This document shows, piece by piece, positions 12,212 through 23,724 of a stretch of DNA of 64,000 nt. Origin of the DNA: Azolla caroliniana (lineage: Eukaryota; Plantae; Polypodiophyta); NCBI GenBank assembly GCA_043228905.1, contig JBHGNT010000005.1, positions 19,220,001-19,284,000 of the forward strand, written 5' to 3'. Position 1 is the first letter of the stretch, and each line of letters starts with the position of its first letter. The notes beneath the pieces were generated by a model. That model saw only the letters and a list, made by a program, of their open reading frames with translations. It made no database searches and was not told the DNA's origin. A program made the translations under genes and the position numbers.

Positions 12212-15200
12212 TCATTCCTCGCCCGTCGGTTCTTCCTCGTTTTCGGATCGTTCGTCACTGCTGACTAGGAGAGCCGGGTTTGGCTCGTCGTCGTGTCGCT
12301 TCTTGAACGCTTTGATCCGCTTCCCTGCAACCGGTACCGCCATTCTCGTGCCGTCGAGTTCCGCCAGGTGATATGTCCCGTTGTCATTGGCGCTCCGTAC
12401 CACGTAAGGCCCGAACCACCTTCGTGCGAACTTCCGTGTAGCTCGGTGCTGGTTGTCGAGGCTGCTGTCGTAGACGAGCACCCAGTCACCTTCTTCGATT
12501 TTCTTCGGTCGGAGCCGGTGCGTTCGGTCGAACCTGGCTTTGTTCTTTGTCCTCGCCACCCGGAGCTTCTCCGCAGCCAGCTTCACGTCCTCCGGTCTCC
12601 GCTCGAGTTGTCGTATACGCGCGGCCAACAACTCCTCCCGGTTCATCTCATCCCTCCAGTCGACCGTTGCCCACGAGGAGATCGTCCGTTCCATCGGCAT
12701 GATCGGCTTCTGGCCTAACATGAGCTCCGTCGGCATGTACCCGGTTACCGAACTGTGCGTGGTCCGGTCTGCCCACAAAGCATAAGGTAGCAGTCGCGGC
12801 CAGTTACCGACTCGGCCTCCGCATGCCCGAACCAACGCCTTGACGATCGGTCCGTGTCCGCACTCCACCTTTCCATTCGCCTCCGGATTGTACGCAGTGG
12901 TGAGCGAGAGCTTGACTCCCAGCCGGTCGAACAGCTCCGCGGCTTCTTCGGCGTCCAACTCCCTTCGGTCAGCCACGATCTTCCCGACGCACCCGTACCG
13001 GCATATCACGTCCTCGATTAGGAACCGACATACGGCCGCGGTCGTTTTGTTCGGAAGGGCCCGGCCTTCCACCTGGTTCGTCAGATCCTCCCGCGCTAGG
13101 ACCAGGTACCGCATCTGTCCTACCCCCATTGGCATCGTCACCAGATCTACCATCCATTTGAAGTGGATGGTCGGAGGGTACGTAGGGTGAAGCTCGTCTC
13201 GATGTCGGACTATGGAGTGCATCTGACAGCTCTCGCAAGTTGTCACGAACCGATGCACGTCCTGGTACTGCCCCGGCCACCAATACTTCCCCTTCAGTTT
13301 CTCAAACGTAGCCCATGTTCCACGGTGTCCAGCCCAAGGGCTGTCGTGGTAGGCCGCTAGCAGCTCCTCCTGATCTTCCTTCATCGCCACCACCCGGAGT
13401 GGAGCGCCGTCCCTCTTCTTCGGGTGCTTCCATAGATAGCCATCCCGGAGAAAGAACCGGTACGCTTTCTTCCGGATCCGGTTGGCCTCGTCCTTCGTCC
13501 ATGACGCATCGGGCGTTATTGTCTTCAAAAACCCACCGATCTGCAGCCACTCCCCGTCGTACTTGCTCGCGTCGAAGTCGTTAAGCGCCGGAGTGCTTGT
13601 TCCGTCGGTTGTTACATACACAGTCTCGAAGAAGTCCACGCCGACCTCTTCGTCCTCCGAAACCATGCCGCCCTCGTCATCGAATCTCGCCCTTGAAAGC
13701 ATGTCGGCCATGGCGTTGTCTTTCCCGGAAATGTGTCGTATTTCCGGGTCCAGGGACTTGATGTACGCTATCCACCTGAGCATTGCCAGGTCAGGCGTCG
13801 CGCATCCGGAAACCATGCCGAGAATCGGCATGCAATCCGTCTCTATGATTACCTCCGTCCCGATCAGATAGTCCTTGTCGGCCTTCACCGCCGAAACGAT
13901 ACCCCAGAGTTCGTGTTTAACCTGGGCGTATCCTCGCTGCCGCTCACTGAGGACCTTCGCGCCGAATCGGATCGGAAACCGATTGCCGTCCTCGTCTTCT
14001 TGGTTGACGACCCACCCGATTCCGGTCGGACTCGTGTCAACCGTTATGTACACTGGGGTGCCCTTCCTGTAGACGGCCTTTCGGAGCGCCGGTGCTGCCG
14101 AAAGAGCCTCCTTCAGCTTCCGGACCGACTCCGTGTGCTTGTCTAGCCATTCGAATCTTCGCCCTTTCTTCAATAATCCGTACAGCGGCTCCGCGACGTG
14201 CGCGTAATGCGGGATCCATATGTGGTAGAAGGCGCATGCTCCCAAGAATCTTCGTACTTCCGTGACCGAGCTGCAATCAGCCTTCATCGCGGAGATGGCT
14301 TCTACCTTTGCCGGAGACGGTTTCCGGCCATATGGTCCACATAAATGCCCGACCACCATGATTTCCGACTGCTCGAAGGCTGACTTCTCCCCCGAGAAGG
14401 TGAGCCTCGCATCCTCTAGCCTTTGCAGCACCTTCTCGCAGTCGTCGATGTGCGTCATCACGAATCGCCGGCATTCGTCCGGCCCGATCGTCTCGTCCTT
14501 CTCTTCTACCGGGCATCCCTTGATCGGGATGTCGTCTAGAAACGGCATGGTGATGTCCGGGATGCAGTCCCTCAGCACCTTGTTCATTGCATTCACCATG
14601 TGGGCCACCGAGTTGGTCCCTCCTTGCGGCAGCGTACACATCCGCACTAGGCCGAGGGGAGTTCGCATCGTCGTAATGTCTCTGCTCTCCACGGCTAGCT
14701 GGAACTGGTCGTACCCTGAGTATAGATCACCGACCGAGTAAATCGACCTTCCGGCGAAGGCCTCCACGAACTCGTCTATGGTCGGTCCGATCCCTGCGTT
14801 TCGAATGGTCACTCTGTTGACCGGCTGCAGGTCCTGAATGAAGCGCAACGATCCGTTTTTCTTTGGTACGGTAAACCATCGGTTTGAATATGGGGCGCTC
14901 GACGGCTCGAGAATGCCCATATCAACTTTTTGCTTCAACAGCTCCATCAACTTCGGGATGTGAGCTCTCGGAACCGGAATTGGCTTGAGATTCCACGGTA
15001 CATGCGGTACCGTGAATATCACCATTGGCTCTACGATCGTCGGGTCTACGCACCCGATTTCCTCCGGTGAGAATGCGAAGGCTTTCCCATGCCTTCCGAG
15101 CATTCTCCGAAACCGGTCTTCCTCCACCGGCAGTAGGAACCCGCCCCCACCGATCTTCAGCTCGCGGAGCGTCTCGTTGGTGAAGGTGTGTCCTATGCAG

Positions 15201-15700
15201 GCCGGATCTCGTAAGCTGGGGTCCGACGCAACCCCTTTGATTCGGGATTCGCTGCCCTCCGGTAAGGGCGCCGCAACTGGCCTCACCTTCCGGTCCACAG
15301 TCTTGTACTTGGTGCTAATTCGGGCCGTCCGTTCCGACTCGAGCCCTCGACCGAAGTCCGCGATGACTTCGTACATTTCTTCGGAACATACCGGTATCGT
15401 CCGGTCTTCGTTAAGGTCTTCTTCGGCTACCTTCCCCAGCATTCCCAAGGTGTCGTCGAAGGAGACTGCCTCCACGGCTCCGTTGATTTCTTCGTCAGGG
15501 CCGAGAACTCCGCACGCTCGAAGTCTCCCCTCCGTCTTTGTTTTCTCTCGGCCGGCGATGCCGACCATCGTACATGCTCCGCTGTCGGAGAAGCAAAATT
15601 TCCTACCTATTGTACACGGTTTTATCGTACAGATGTGGGGTTTTCCCGGAGCATCCGGACTGTCGCGGCCCCACGCCTTGGCAGTCCTCTCTAAAAATCC
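12212..15700 (-). CDS. Gypsy-A pol (RT, RNase H, integrase), entered by -1 frameshift
   Basis: Intact 1118-aa ORF whose frame is open upstream to the slippery site. DLYSGYDQ, LPQG, FLDD, VDTS, HHCC and TTAYNPEANG motifs. Confidence 0.93.
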   Translation of the reverse strand, partial: GFLERTAKAWGRDSPDAPGKPHICTIKPCTIGRKFCFSDSGACTMVGIAGREKTKTEGRLRACGVLGPDEEINGAVEAVSFDDTLGMLGKVAEEDLNEDRTIPVCSEEMYEVIADFGRGLESERTARISTKYKTVDRKVRPVAAPLPEGSESRIKGVASDPSLRDPACIGHTFTNETLRELKIGGGGFLLPVEEDRFRRMLGRHGKAFAFSPEEIGCVDPTIVEPMVIFTVPHVPWNLKPIPVPRAHIPKLMELLKQKVDMGILEPSSAPYSNRWFTVPKKNGSLRFIQDLQPVNRVTIRNAGIGPTIDEFVEAFAGRSIYSVGDLYSGYDQFQLAVESRDITTMRTPLGLVRMCTLPQGGTNSVAHMVNAMNKVLRDCIPDITMPFLDDIPIKGCPVEEKDETIGPDECRRFVMTHIDDCEKVLQRLEDARLTFSGEKSAFEQSEIMVVGHLCGPYGRKPSPAKVEAISAMKADCSSVTEVRRFLGACAFYHIWIPHYAHVAEPLYGLLKKGRRFEWLDKHTESVRKLKEALSAAPALRKAVYRKGTPVYITVDTSPTGIGWVVNQEDEDGNRFPIRFGAKVLSERQRGYAQVKHELWGIVSAVKADKDYLIGTEVIIETDCMPILGMVSGCATPDLAMLRWIAYIKSLDPEIRHISGKDNAMADMLSRARFDDEGGMVSEDEEVGVDFFETVYVTTDGTSTPALNDFDASKYDGEWLQIGGFLKTITPDASWTKDEANRIRKKAYRFFLRDGYLWKHPKKRDGAPLRVVAMKEDQEELLAAYHDSPWAGHRGTWATFEKLKGKYWWPGQYQDVHRFVTTCESCQMHSIVRHRDELHPTYPPTIHFKWMVDLVTMPMGVGQMRYLVLAREDLTNQVEGRALPNKTTAAVCRFLIEDVICRYGCVGKIVADRRELDAEEAAELFDRLGVKLSLTTAYNPEANGKVECGHGPIVKALVRACGGRVGNWPRLLPYALWADRTTHSSVTGYMPTELMLGQKPIMPMERTISSWATVDWRDEMNREELLAARIRQLERRPEDVKLAAEKLRVARTKNKARFDRTHRLRPKKIEEGDWVLVYDSSLDNQHRATRKFARRWFGPYVVRSANDNGTYHLAELDGTRMAVPVAGKRIKAFKKRHDDEPNPALLVSSDERSENEEEPTGEE
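15634..15700 (-). promoter_or_regulatory. Putative programmed -1 ribosomal frameshift signal
   Basis: G GAT TTT TAG, then a 6-nt spacer and stem GGACTG/CAGTCC. The loop GTGGGG is complementary to downstream CCCCAC. Confidence 0.75.
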
Positions 15701-17817
15701 TCTCGGTTTCCGGAACCGAGGGAGTCGCGGTTACGTTCGTGGTTCGGCCGTACCGTCAGAAACTGGACCGAATGGCGCCCGTCTTGGCTTTTGACCCTCG
15801 CGTAGGCCGAACCATTGTCCAGCACCTTGGTCTCCATTCACGCCGCCGTGATGTACGGCTCTCCCAGTATGACCGGATGCGAAGACGTCTCCTGCACGAA
15901 GAAGTGCTGGTCAATCTCGATGTCGCCGATCTTGACTCGCACATTCGGACAGGCCCCGTGCAGTTCCTCGGTGGCGCGCGTTGCTGCCCTTATTTTCCAC
16001 CCGTGCTTGGTGTTGATCGGCCATTTGCCCTTCTTATAGAAGTCCATGGACATCAAATTGATCTCCGATCCGTGGTCCACCAAAGCTATCACCGGTTCCT
16101 GGACATCGCCGATCTTCACCGGGGTTTCCGTGGTCGCTCGGGCCCAGTGTGGTCTCGAATAGTGGCTTTCCGCCCACTCGTCTCCCAGCGCCATGTCGTC
16201 TAGGTGCGTCGTCCGCACTTCCACCGGTCTTTCCGGTTCTGCCTCCGTTGACAGCCTCTTCCGTTTCACCAAGTCCACGATGGAGTCGTGGAACTCCTTC
16301 TTGGCGATTCCCAGCACCTCTCGCAACGACAGCTCCACCTTGCTGTCGAGGATCCGTTCCTCGAGGACCTTTCGTAAGTCCGTGGTCCTTTCTATCTCCG
16401 TCCCCAGACGGTAACCGCCCTTCTGGGGTTTATCTTGCGTACCGGCCCCGCCGGCTTCGTGCCGTCGTGGCCCGGACCGGGTCTCGTATCGTTGTGAGGG
16501 CCCGGTCGTCCCGGGTTTCCCCACCCGCTTCTCTTCTACCAGAGCCTCGTAGTTCTGGCAAGCGGCTTCCACGAAGCCCGTCTTTTCCTCGACCGGGTCG
16601 CTCCACCCGGTCATCTCCCGTACCCGTTTCTCCGCACGGTCCGATTCCTCCCTTTTAAGCCTTGCACCGGCGAGGCCTTCCAGCATCGTCAGCCAGAATC
16701 CGGCTTTGTTTTCCCTTCGGGCCTCGCCGCCCCCGACTCGAATGCCGGCCGACGCCGAGTAGTGGACGGTTTCCGCGTGTCGGGCCGCCGCCTCTTCCAT
16801 CAACCTTTTCATACCACCTCGCCCGTCGTTTCGGCTCAGGGCCCTTCGGGTGTCGCTGGCATGCACCCGTCCTTCCCACAGGTACACCACCCTGTTCCTC
16901 AACGCCTCCGCGAAGTCGCCGCAGTCCTTCCGAATGTGGCCGACTTCATCGCACCACATGCACCTGTTTCCTGCCGCCGGCCGTCGGTCACGAGCCGGTT
17001 CGCCACCTTCCCTTCGGGCTTGCGCGATTTGGAGGTCCTTTATCGCCCTCGTCAATTCCTCCAGCGCCGCTCCTCCGGTTGAGCCTCTGACTACGCCGGT
17101 CGAAGCCGAACCGGTTTCCAACCACTCTCGGGTCTCTTCCTTTCGCACCTGTGGCGCTGGTTCGAGCTTCCCTGCTGCGACCGAGCCCGACCCGGTTGCC
17201 CCGTTATCCGCCCATTCTCGCCGTTTGTCGAAACGGCCACAGACTTTCTTGACAGCCGCCTAGTCGGTAGTGAGCCCGTCTTCGGTTTCCAGTAAGAGGC
17301 CCACTTGCTCCCGATCCCGCTCGTCGACCGACTTGACAAACAGCAAGACCCGGCTCGTGTCCAGGATGGTTCGGTCGAGCGCCGAAAGGCGCGCAAAGTT
17401 TTCCTCGAACTCCCGGAGGAGTGCCGACGCGTTTCTTCCCTTCCCCGGGGACTCCACCCATTCCATGAACCCTCGCTTCGAAAGCCGGAGCGCGTCGTCC
17501 AGCCCGTATTTCTCTAGGAGCCGACCTTCGAACTCCTCCCAGGTACGGCTCTCCGCCCGCACCTCGAGCACCTCCGCATGGATGCTCGGCATCGCCACTC
17601 GGGGAAATCCGGCAAGACGCCTTTCTTCCGGAATGTCCCGCATCAGCATCTCTGCACCGTAGGACGCCAAATACTTCGTGGCATCCTTCCCATCGAACCG
17701 GCCGATCGTGCCGACGACCGCCTCAATAGCTCTGTCGAGGGCACCGGTGCCCTCGCGCGCGTTTACAATCCGATCCACGGCCGAAGCCATGGCCTCTGCA
17801 AGGTCCGACCCCCTCAT
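15691..17817 (-). pseudogene. Gypsy-A gag-protease with two in-frame stops (17260-17262 TAG, 15838-15840 TGA)
   Basis: One frame throughout. CMWCDEVGHIRKDC knuckle and ALVDHGSEIN protease. Ends ...NREDF*. Confidence 0.9.
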
Positions 17818-17840
17818 CTTCTGCTCTTCTGCCGCCTCTT

Positions 17841-17857
17841 TCACGTCGGGTTCACCA
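17841..17857 (-). promoter_or_regulatory. Primer binding site, tRNA-Trp
   Basis: TGGTGAACCCGACGTGA lies 4 nt after the LTR. Complementary to the plant tRNA-Trp 3' end as recalled. Confidence 0.85.
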
Positions 17858-17861
17858 AAGA

Positions 17862-18646
17862 TGTCGAGATATTTCGCAAGTGCGTGTGGAAACGAGGCGG
17901 GACCGCGGGGGTCTCGAACCAAAGAGCAAGCGAGGGAGGAGAAAGAGAGAGAACCGGCTGCGCAGGACCGGGGATACACAGGGACACGGCCCTTCAACAC
18001 GGAGAACGCGAACAGACACCGACACAGACAGATGCGAATGACTAAATACGTATATTAACAAAAATGGCTAACACGACTACAACCCTCGATGGGGCACAGG
18101 TTGGTTACAACCGAACAGGCCGGCGAACAGATGCCGATGCCTGTTCGCTTCGACGCACAAAGGGGTAGCAAGTCGGAGGTGCTGCCGGAAGCACTCGGGC
18201 GTTCCTCGAAACAGCGCGGGCCTCCTCGGAACCCTGCACAGGAAAGCTATGGAGCTCAAGAAGGAAGGAAACAGAGAGAGAAGCGTCCAGAAACGGTCCG
18301 ACAGCACTTCGTCCTCTCTGCGCGAGATCCCTGCAACAGCTCTTTCCTGCTCCTTATATAGGCCGACGAGCAGGCCGTCATGTCAGCTTCATTCCCTGTC
18401 CCTTTTTGATAGGGATCCGCTCCGTTCTTCACGCATCCGCGTAGTTACGCCGCCGACTCGTACAGTTTGCGCGCGCGACCGAAAAGACTGTTCGCGCGGT
18501 CTTTGTCTCCACTCGTGTTAGGGCCCGTTCCTGCCGATTATCCTCCTAATTCGCTTCTATGTACAACTTGGAGCGTGCGCGCGTGAAGAACCGGTTCCCA
18601 CGCCTTGGTGCGCCGATTCCGCTTATGGACGGTTTTCTTCACGACA
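17862..18646 (-). repeat. Gypsy-A 5' LTR
   Basis: Direct repeat of 11356-12140. Confidence 0.96.
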
Positions 18647-19543
18647 GCGTCTCGAACACACAATCACGTAGTGCACTAAACGATGGTAATTAGTACAAAT
18701 GGAAAAGGCCACAATCTCCAATGGGACAAGAGGAGAAGCCCAAAAAGAAAAACTAAATGTTGCAAAAGTGCAAAAAGTCCAATGTATTGGATTCATGTAA
18801 CCTCGTGGACATTGCCCAAGTTCAGACTATGAGGTCTTGGTTGGAGTAGAGCCAAAGAATTCATTGGTTGTCATGGATCTAAGCACAATTGTCACATTGA
18901 AAATGAGGGATATGTGCATGTCAAGTGGAACCATTGGGTTTCGAACCGTGTGAGAGTAGGAACAAGGAGGTTGTGCTTAGTAGATTATATGGCAAATGGA
19001 CACATAATTGGATATTAATTAAATAGAGAGATGGATAATTGTAATTGAAGAGATTAAATCAATCGAGGCTGTCATGATTAATTAGGCAAAGATTCAATGT
19101 AAATAAGCTACTAATTAAGTAGAAACCCTTAGTTGGATTATAGATACCCCAATTATAATATTTAAAAGAGTGTTTACAAAGGGAGAACTTTGTTAGCTTA
19201 GTTCCCTTGATAACTAGAACATGAAGAAGAGCTTGTGGCTCAAGAAAAAACAATAGCTTCTCCATAGGTGTGGTCAATCACAACCCATGGGCATTTAGAT
19301 TTTATGGTCTTCAAAGCTCGTCCTATTATAGAACATGTGGTCTTTTGAAATCTTGGTCCTCGAAGCTTGTCATGCTCAAGATTATGTGCCACTCAAGCTC
19401 TTAGGACGCAGGAGTATATGTGCTCTTCAAATTCTATCACCTTTAAAGAGCCCATTGTGCGTAGGAGCATGTGGTCTTAGGAGTTAGTAACTTAGTACCC
19501 TTGATAAATACAATTTGATGAAGAGCTTGAAACTTGAAGAAGT

Positions 19544-19544
<1 letters not shown>

Positions 19545-19578
<34 letters not shown>
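19545..19578. repeat. (AG)n microsatellite
   Basis: Seen directly. Confidence 0.95.
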
Positions 19579-19581
<3 letters not shown>

Positions 19582-20759
19582 ATGCACCCTTAGGGCAAGC
19601 CGTGCTACATACGAGCACGTGGCATTAAGATACTATGACCTTCAAAGTCATGCTCAAAAGTGGTCAAGATGCAAATTGAGGTTGAGAGAGAACACACAAC
19701 TTTATCTCAATTTTTTCGAACATAATAGATAAAAACTTGATATAATAACACATTGCAAACGATCATATCCCTCCATTTTACATGTTTCCTTTTGATCACT
19801 ATATGTGACTAGATTTCATGATAATGTATATCATGTACCACTGAACAACAAATTCCATGTTGACTAATGATTTAACACATATCAAAGGGAATGGATGCTT
19901 AGAAAATTCTCTTGTATTAGTGTGAGATGAGGAGCAAAACTAGGATCAAGAACTTGGAGAATCAATTCACTTTGAGTGGATGGTGGAAATTGAGATGATG
20001 GGGGTAATCATTATGAGCATAAAACACCTTCAATGTCAATGAAAATTGTTAGAGTCGTTTAGAATACAAGCTTACTTAATGTCTAAATTTAATATAAGGA
20101 TAATGGAATCTTGTGGTACACTAGAGGATCTAGAAGACTACGATAAATGTGACACTAACTACACTATCATGAACATTGTACAAACCATTGCAATGCATAT
20201 AAATATACAATATGACTGAAATACATGCGTGTGTTGTTATGTACAATGTGTGTCTATGTTCCCTCTTTGAGTTGCAGCATAGGGATATCATTATCATCAT
20301 CTCCTATGGACCGTGTCTATATGCAAATAAATCATAAAGAGGCCTAGCGAGTGAATTGCGACCACGAACGGTGAACGACAATTAGCTAAGGTCGTGTGCG
20401 ATTTGCACCGTTCGATCTCTAGGAAAAAAATGCACCATCCAAAACGTTGATTGCTTCTGTCACTAGACACCCGACTTTGACCGCCTTTGTCACCAAGCAC
20501 CCTACTATTTGATTGCAGGTGCCCGACCGACTAAGACTAGGCGCTTGCTCAAATTTAGACATCAAAAACATCAAATAATTCTAAGTGTAAAAAAATTAAA
20601 TTTGACATCAAAACCTGACGCCAAAATTCCACTAAAAGCCAATAGCTTCCAATTACACAAACTTAAAACTTAAAATTTCAAATTTCAAATTACACACCTT
20701 AAAACTTTAAACTTCAAATTACACAATGGCAAGCACCACAAAATGTTTCTAACATTACA

Positions 20760-21325
20760 AAATGTCCAAAATCCAAGTCAAAACCCCCTAAGGATCTCCA
20801 TATCATGCAAACAATTTGACCTTACATTATAAGTTTCAACATAATCACCAACATTACACATCCAATTTGACAACTAACAATTAATATACGCGTTCAAAAT
20901 AATTGTTATCTTCATACTATGCAAACAATTTGTCATTACACTATAAGTTTCAAAATGGTGATAACCAATATTGCACACCCAATTTGAAAACTAATAATAA
21001 ATATACACTGTCAAAATGAGTGCAATCTTCATATTATGCAAATGAGTGTGATCTCCATATTTTGCAAATCCAAGTCCAAAACCCCCTAAGGATCTCCATA
21101 GTATACATACAATTTGACATTACACTATAAGTTTCAACATAATCACCTACATTTCACACCCCATTTGACAACTAACAATTACAACATACACTTTCAAAAT
21201 GGTTGTTTTCATTCATATGTAATCCGAAATACAAAATGGTGACTTGTACAAAAGGTGCCATATACAAAATGGTTGTTTTCATTCATATGTATGACCCATA
21301 TACAAAATGGTGTCTTGTACAAAAC
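20760..21325. repeat. Degenerate AT-rich tandem repeats
   Basis: aaaaccccctaaggatctccata recurs at about 20780 and 21078. acaatttg...ataagtttcaa occurs three times and acaaaatgg units recur at 21195-21320. Confidence 0.7.
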
Positions 21326-22204
21326 GTACTCTTACAATATGGGGTTGATAGCCAAGATAATACACCAAATATACAAATATGATATTACCAAAAGGGACAA
21401 AATTATGACATCAGAAAGCCCAAAACCCTTCATGCCCATTTCGTCATAGTCACCTGAAGGAGTAAGACGTTTTTGTGTCCGAACTGTAGAAACAAATGGC
21501 GTGCGGAAGCAATAGAAAATAGAAAACACAAAACAGAAAACAGGTTTAATGGAGAGCTTAACAGTACGCGAGAGAGACAGAGAGAGAGAGAGCACACAGA
21601 AACGCAATTCAAAAAATACTACTCAGTCTGTACATCGTATGTGTTCAGTGAACACTTTTATACAAGTCCATTTGGATTGACAGAAGTACGGTGTACTTCA
21701 ATGCTCACACGAGCGTTTGACACTAACTACGAGATAGTAAATCCCTAGTAGACTAGCTGCTACTTGGCTTCCGGTTACTGCTTGATCCAGCTAACCGGCT
21801 CCCCAGCTCACCGGCTCACTTGCTCACCGGCTCATCCTTCTGGATGCCGATCCGGCTCAGGCTTATTCAGCTGATCCGGATCCGGTTGAGCTTGCCGCTC
21901 AACACCCCCCCTCAAGCTCAATTTGAGGTCGGATCGTAGTGTCAGTCTTTATGGCAGCCGGTCCTTCCACCTGGCTCCTTCTGGCGTCACTCCGCCTCAC
22001 TCGCGCTCCTCGTCCGGTCCGGTCCCGTTTGCCGTGACCCTTCTGTTCCTGCGCACCTCGACTTCGTTGGTCGGCTTGTCTGCTCAACATGCCCAATTCA
22101 GCTCCCTCGCTGTTGTGACTTTGGCTTTTGCCGATTCACCGATCCCTTCATGTTGGCGTCGACTTTTGCTGCCTTCTCGTCCTCTTGGCCTTGAATTGAT
22201 CCGG

Positions 22205-23724
22205 TTATTCCGAATCCTTCTGTAGAACCGAATCGGCTTTCTTCGATTTGTTCCAACTCTTGTCCGAATCGGTTGCTCCCGATTCGTCTTTTGGTTCCAG
22301 GCCCTTCACCACATCGGACCATGTCCGGGTCTTGGCCTTCTTCTTCCGATCGGCTATGTCCTTTTTGACTCTGCCTCCGCAGCCGCTTGTTCCGACTTGT
22401 TCGGATGTGTCGGCTCCTTTCCTGTCTCTCCCCTTGTCGGTTCTTCCCCCATCGACACAATCGGCAGTCTCTTTGCCTTTGCCCGTTTCGGTGGTGTCTT
22501 TGCCCATTCTCCCCCTCAAGTGTGGCACATCGAGATGCTGAACACCAAGCATTTCGGTGAAGTGCTGCAACTTGTCCGATCCAAGCAGTTTGGTGAAGAT
22601 GTCGGCAACTTGCCGATCCATATGAACATACCGAAATTCGACTTCATCGCTCAGGACACGCTCATGCACGAAGTGATAGTGCACTTCGATGTGCTTTGTG
22701 CGAGCATGGAAAATGGGGTTCTTGGCGAGCTGCATGCTGCTTATGTTGTCGTAGTAGATTAGGATCGGGGTCGGCACCTCGATCCGCAGGTCTTGCAGCA
22801 GTCGCCGAAGGCAAATGGCTTCATAGGCGGCAACGGTAGCGCCCCGGTATTCAGCCTTAGTGCTCGTCAGAGCCACTGTTGGCTGCTTTTTGCTGCTCCA
22901 CGCAACAGCCACGCTACCAAGGGAAAACATATAGGCAGAAGTGGAACGACGATCTGATGCATCACCGGCCCAGTCGACATCCGTGTAGCCGACTAGCTCT
23001 TCGGTCATACCTTGCCGGTATAATAGTCCCCGGTCCTTCGTGCCATTCACATACCACAGTATTCGGTGCGCGCACTAAAGATGCTCGATGGTCGGCTTTT
23101 GCATGAATTGACTAATCACACCGATCAGATAGCTGATGTCGGGTCGGGTGATGGTCAAATATATAAGGCTTTCGACATTTTGTCGGAACTGTTTCTCATC
23201 GCAGGCCGGTCTGGAGTTGGGACAGAGCTTTTGTTTCCGATTCAAGGGTGTAGAAGTAGGGCAACATTCTGTCATACCGAACTTGTACAACATATTCAAC
23301 ACATAGTGTCTTTGTGAGAGCAATATGCCGTCGGGGGTTCGGATCACCTCGATCCCAAGGAAATAGTGAAGGTCCCCCGGGTCCTTCATCTCAAATGCGT
23401 CTGACAGCTGGGACTTGACGTGGGTGATTTCATCGAGTTTGGGTCCGGTGATGACTAGATCATCAACATACAACAAGATGCAAATCGGACCGTCCAGACC
23501 TTGCTGGATGAACAACGAAGAGTCAGACTTGGAGGCCGCAAACCCCAACTTACGCAACTGGTGTGTAATCTTTGCATTCCAAGCTCGGGGGGCTTGCTTC
23601 AGGCCATAAAGTGACTTCTTTAGCCGGCATACAACTGACTTGTTCATCTCTGACTGAAAACCGGGAGGTTGGGTCATAAAGACCTCTTCTTCTAGATCGC
23701 CTTGAAGAAATGCATTCTTCATGT
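22205..23724 (-). pseudogene. Copia-2 RT (C-terminal part) and RNase H
   Basis: KNAFLQGDL, SLYGLKQAPRAW, YVDD, GYTDVDWAG, ARTKHIEVHYHF and QVADIFTK. Confidence 0.93.

Larger units (their letters stand above)
11356..18646 (-). mobile_element. Gypsy-A: full-length Ty3/Gypsy element with tRNA-Trp PBS
   Basis: 785-bp LTRs 11356-12140 and 17862-18646, differing by about nine transitions by eye. 4-bp TSD GCGT. PBS and PPT present. Order gag-PR-RT-RH-IN, with no chromodomain evident. Confidence 0.96.
1969..18690 (-). mobile_element. Copia-1 LTR retrotransposon: degenerate, RT/RNase H deleted, 5' LTR not found, interrupted by hAT and Gypsy-A
   Basis: gag ATG at 11252 (MNTQMGSSLPS) continues at 5445 (EKLDRSNY). 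Followed by a CCHC knuckle, protease WFVD and integrase fragments. Sequence jumps from the RT start (DPRWVKAVD) to the 3' end at about 2790. The right limit is approximate. Confidence 0.85.

Noticed and set aside
12293-18058. Many overlapping plus-strand ORFs opposite Gypsy-A, and likewise opposite Copia-2, Copia-3 and C
   Set aside because: These are shadow ORFs expected in GC-rich coding DNA, with no recognisable domains.
18690-19700. 5' LTR of Copia-1
   Set aside because: No iMet PBS and no similarity to 1969-2637. It is an unassigned degenerate repeat.
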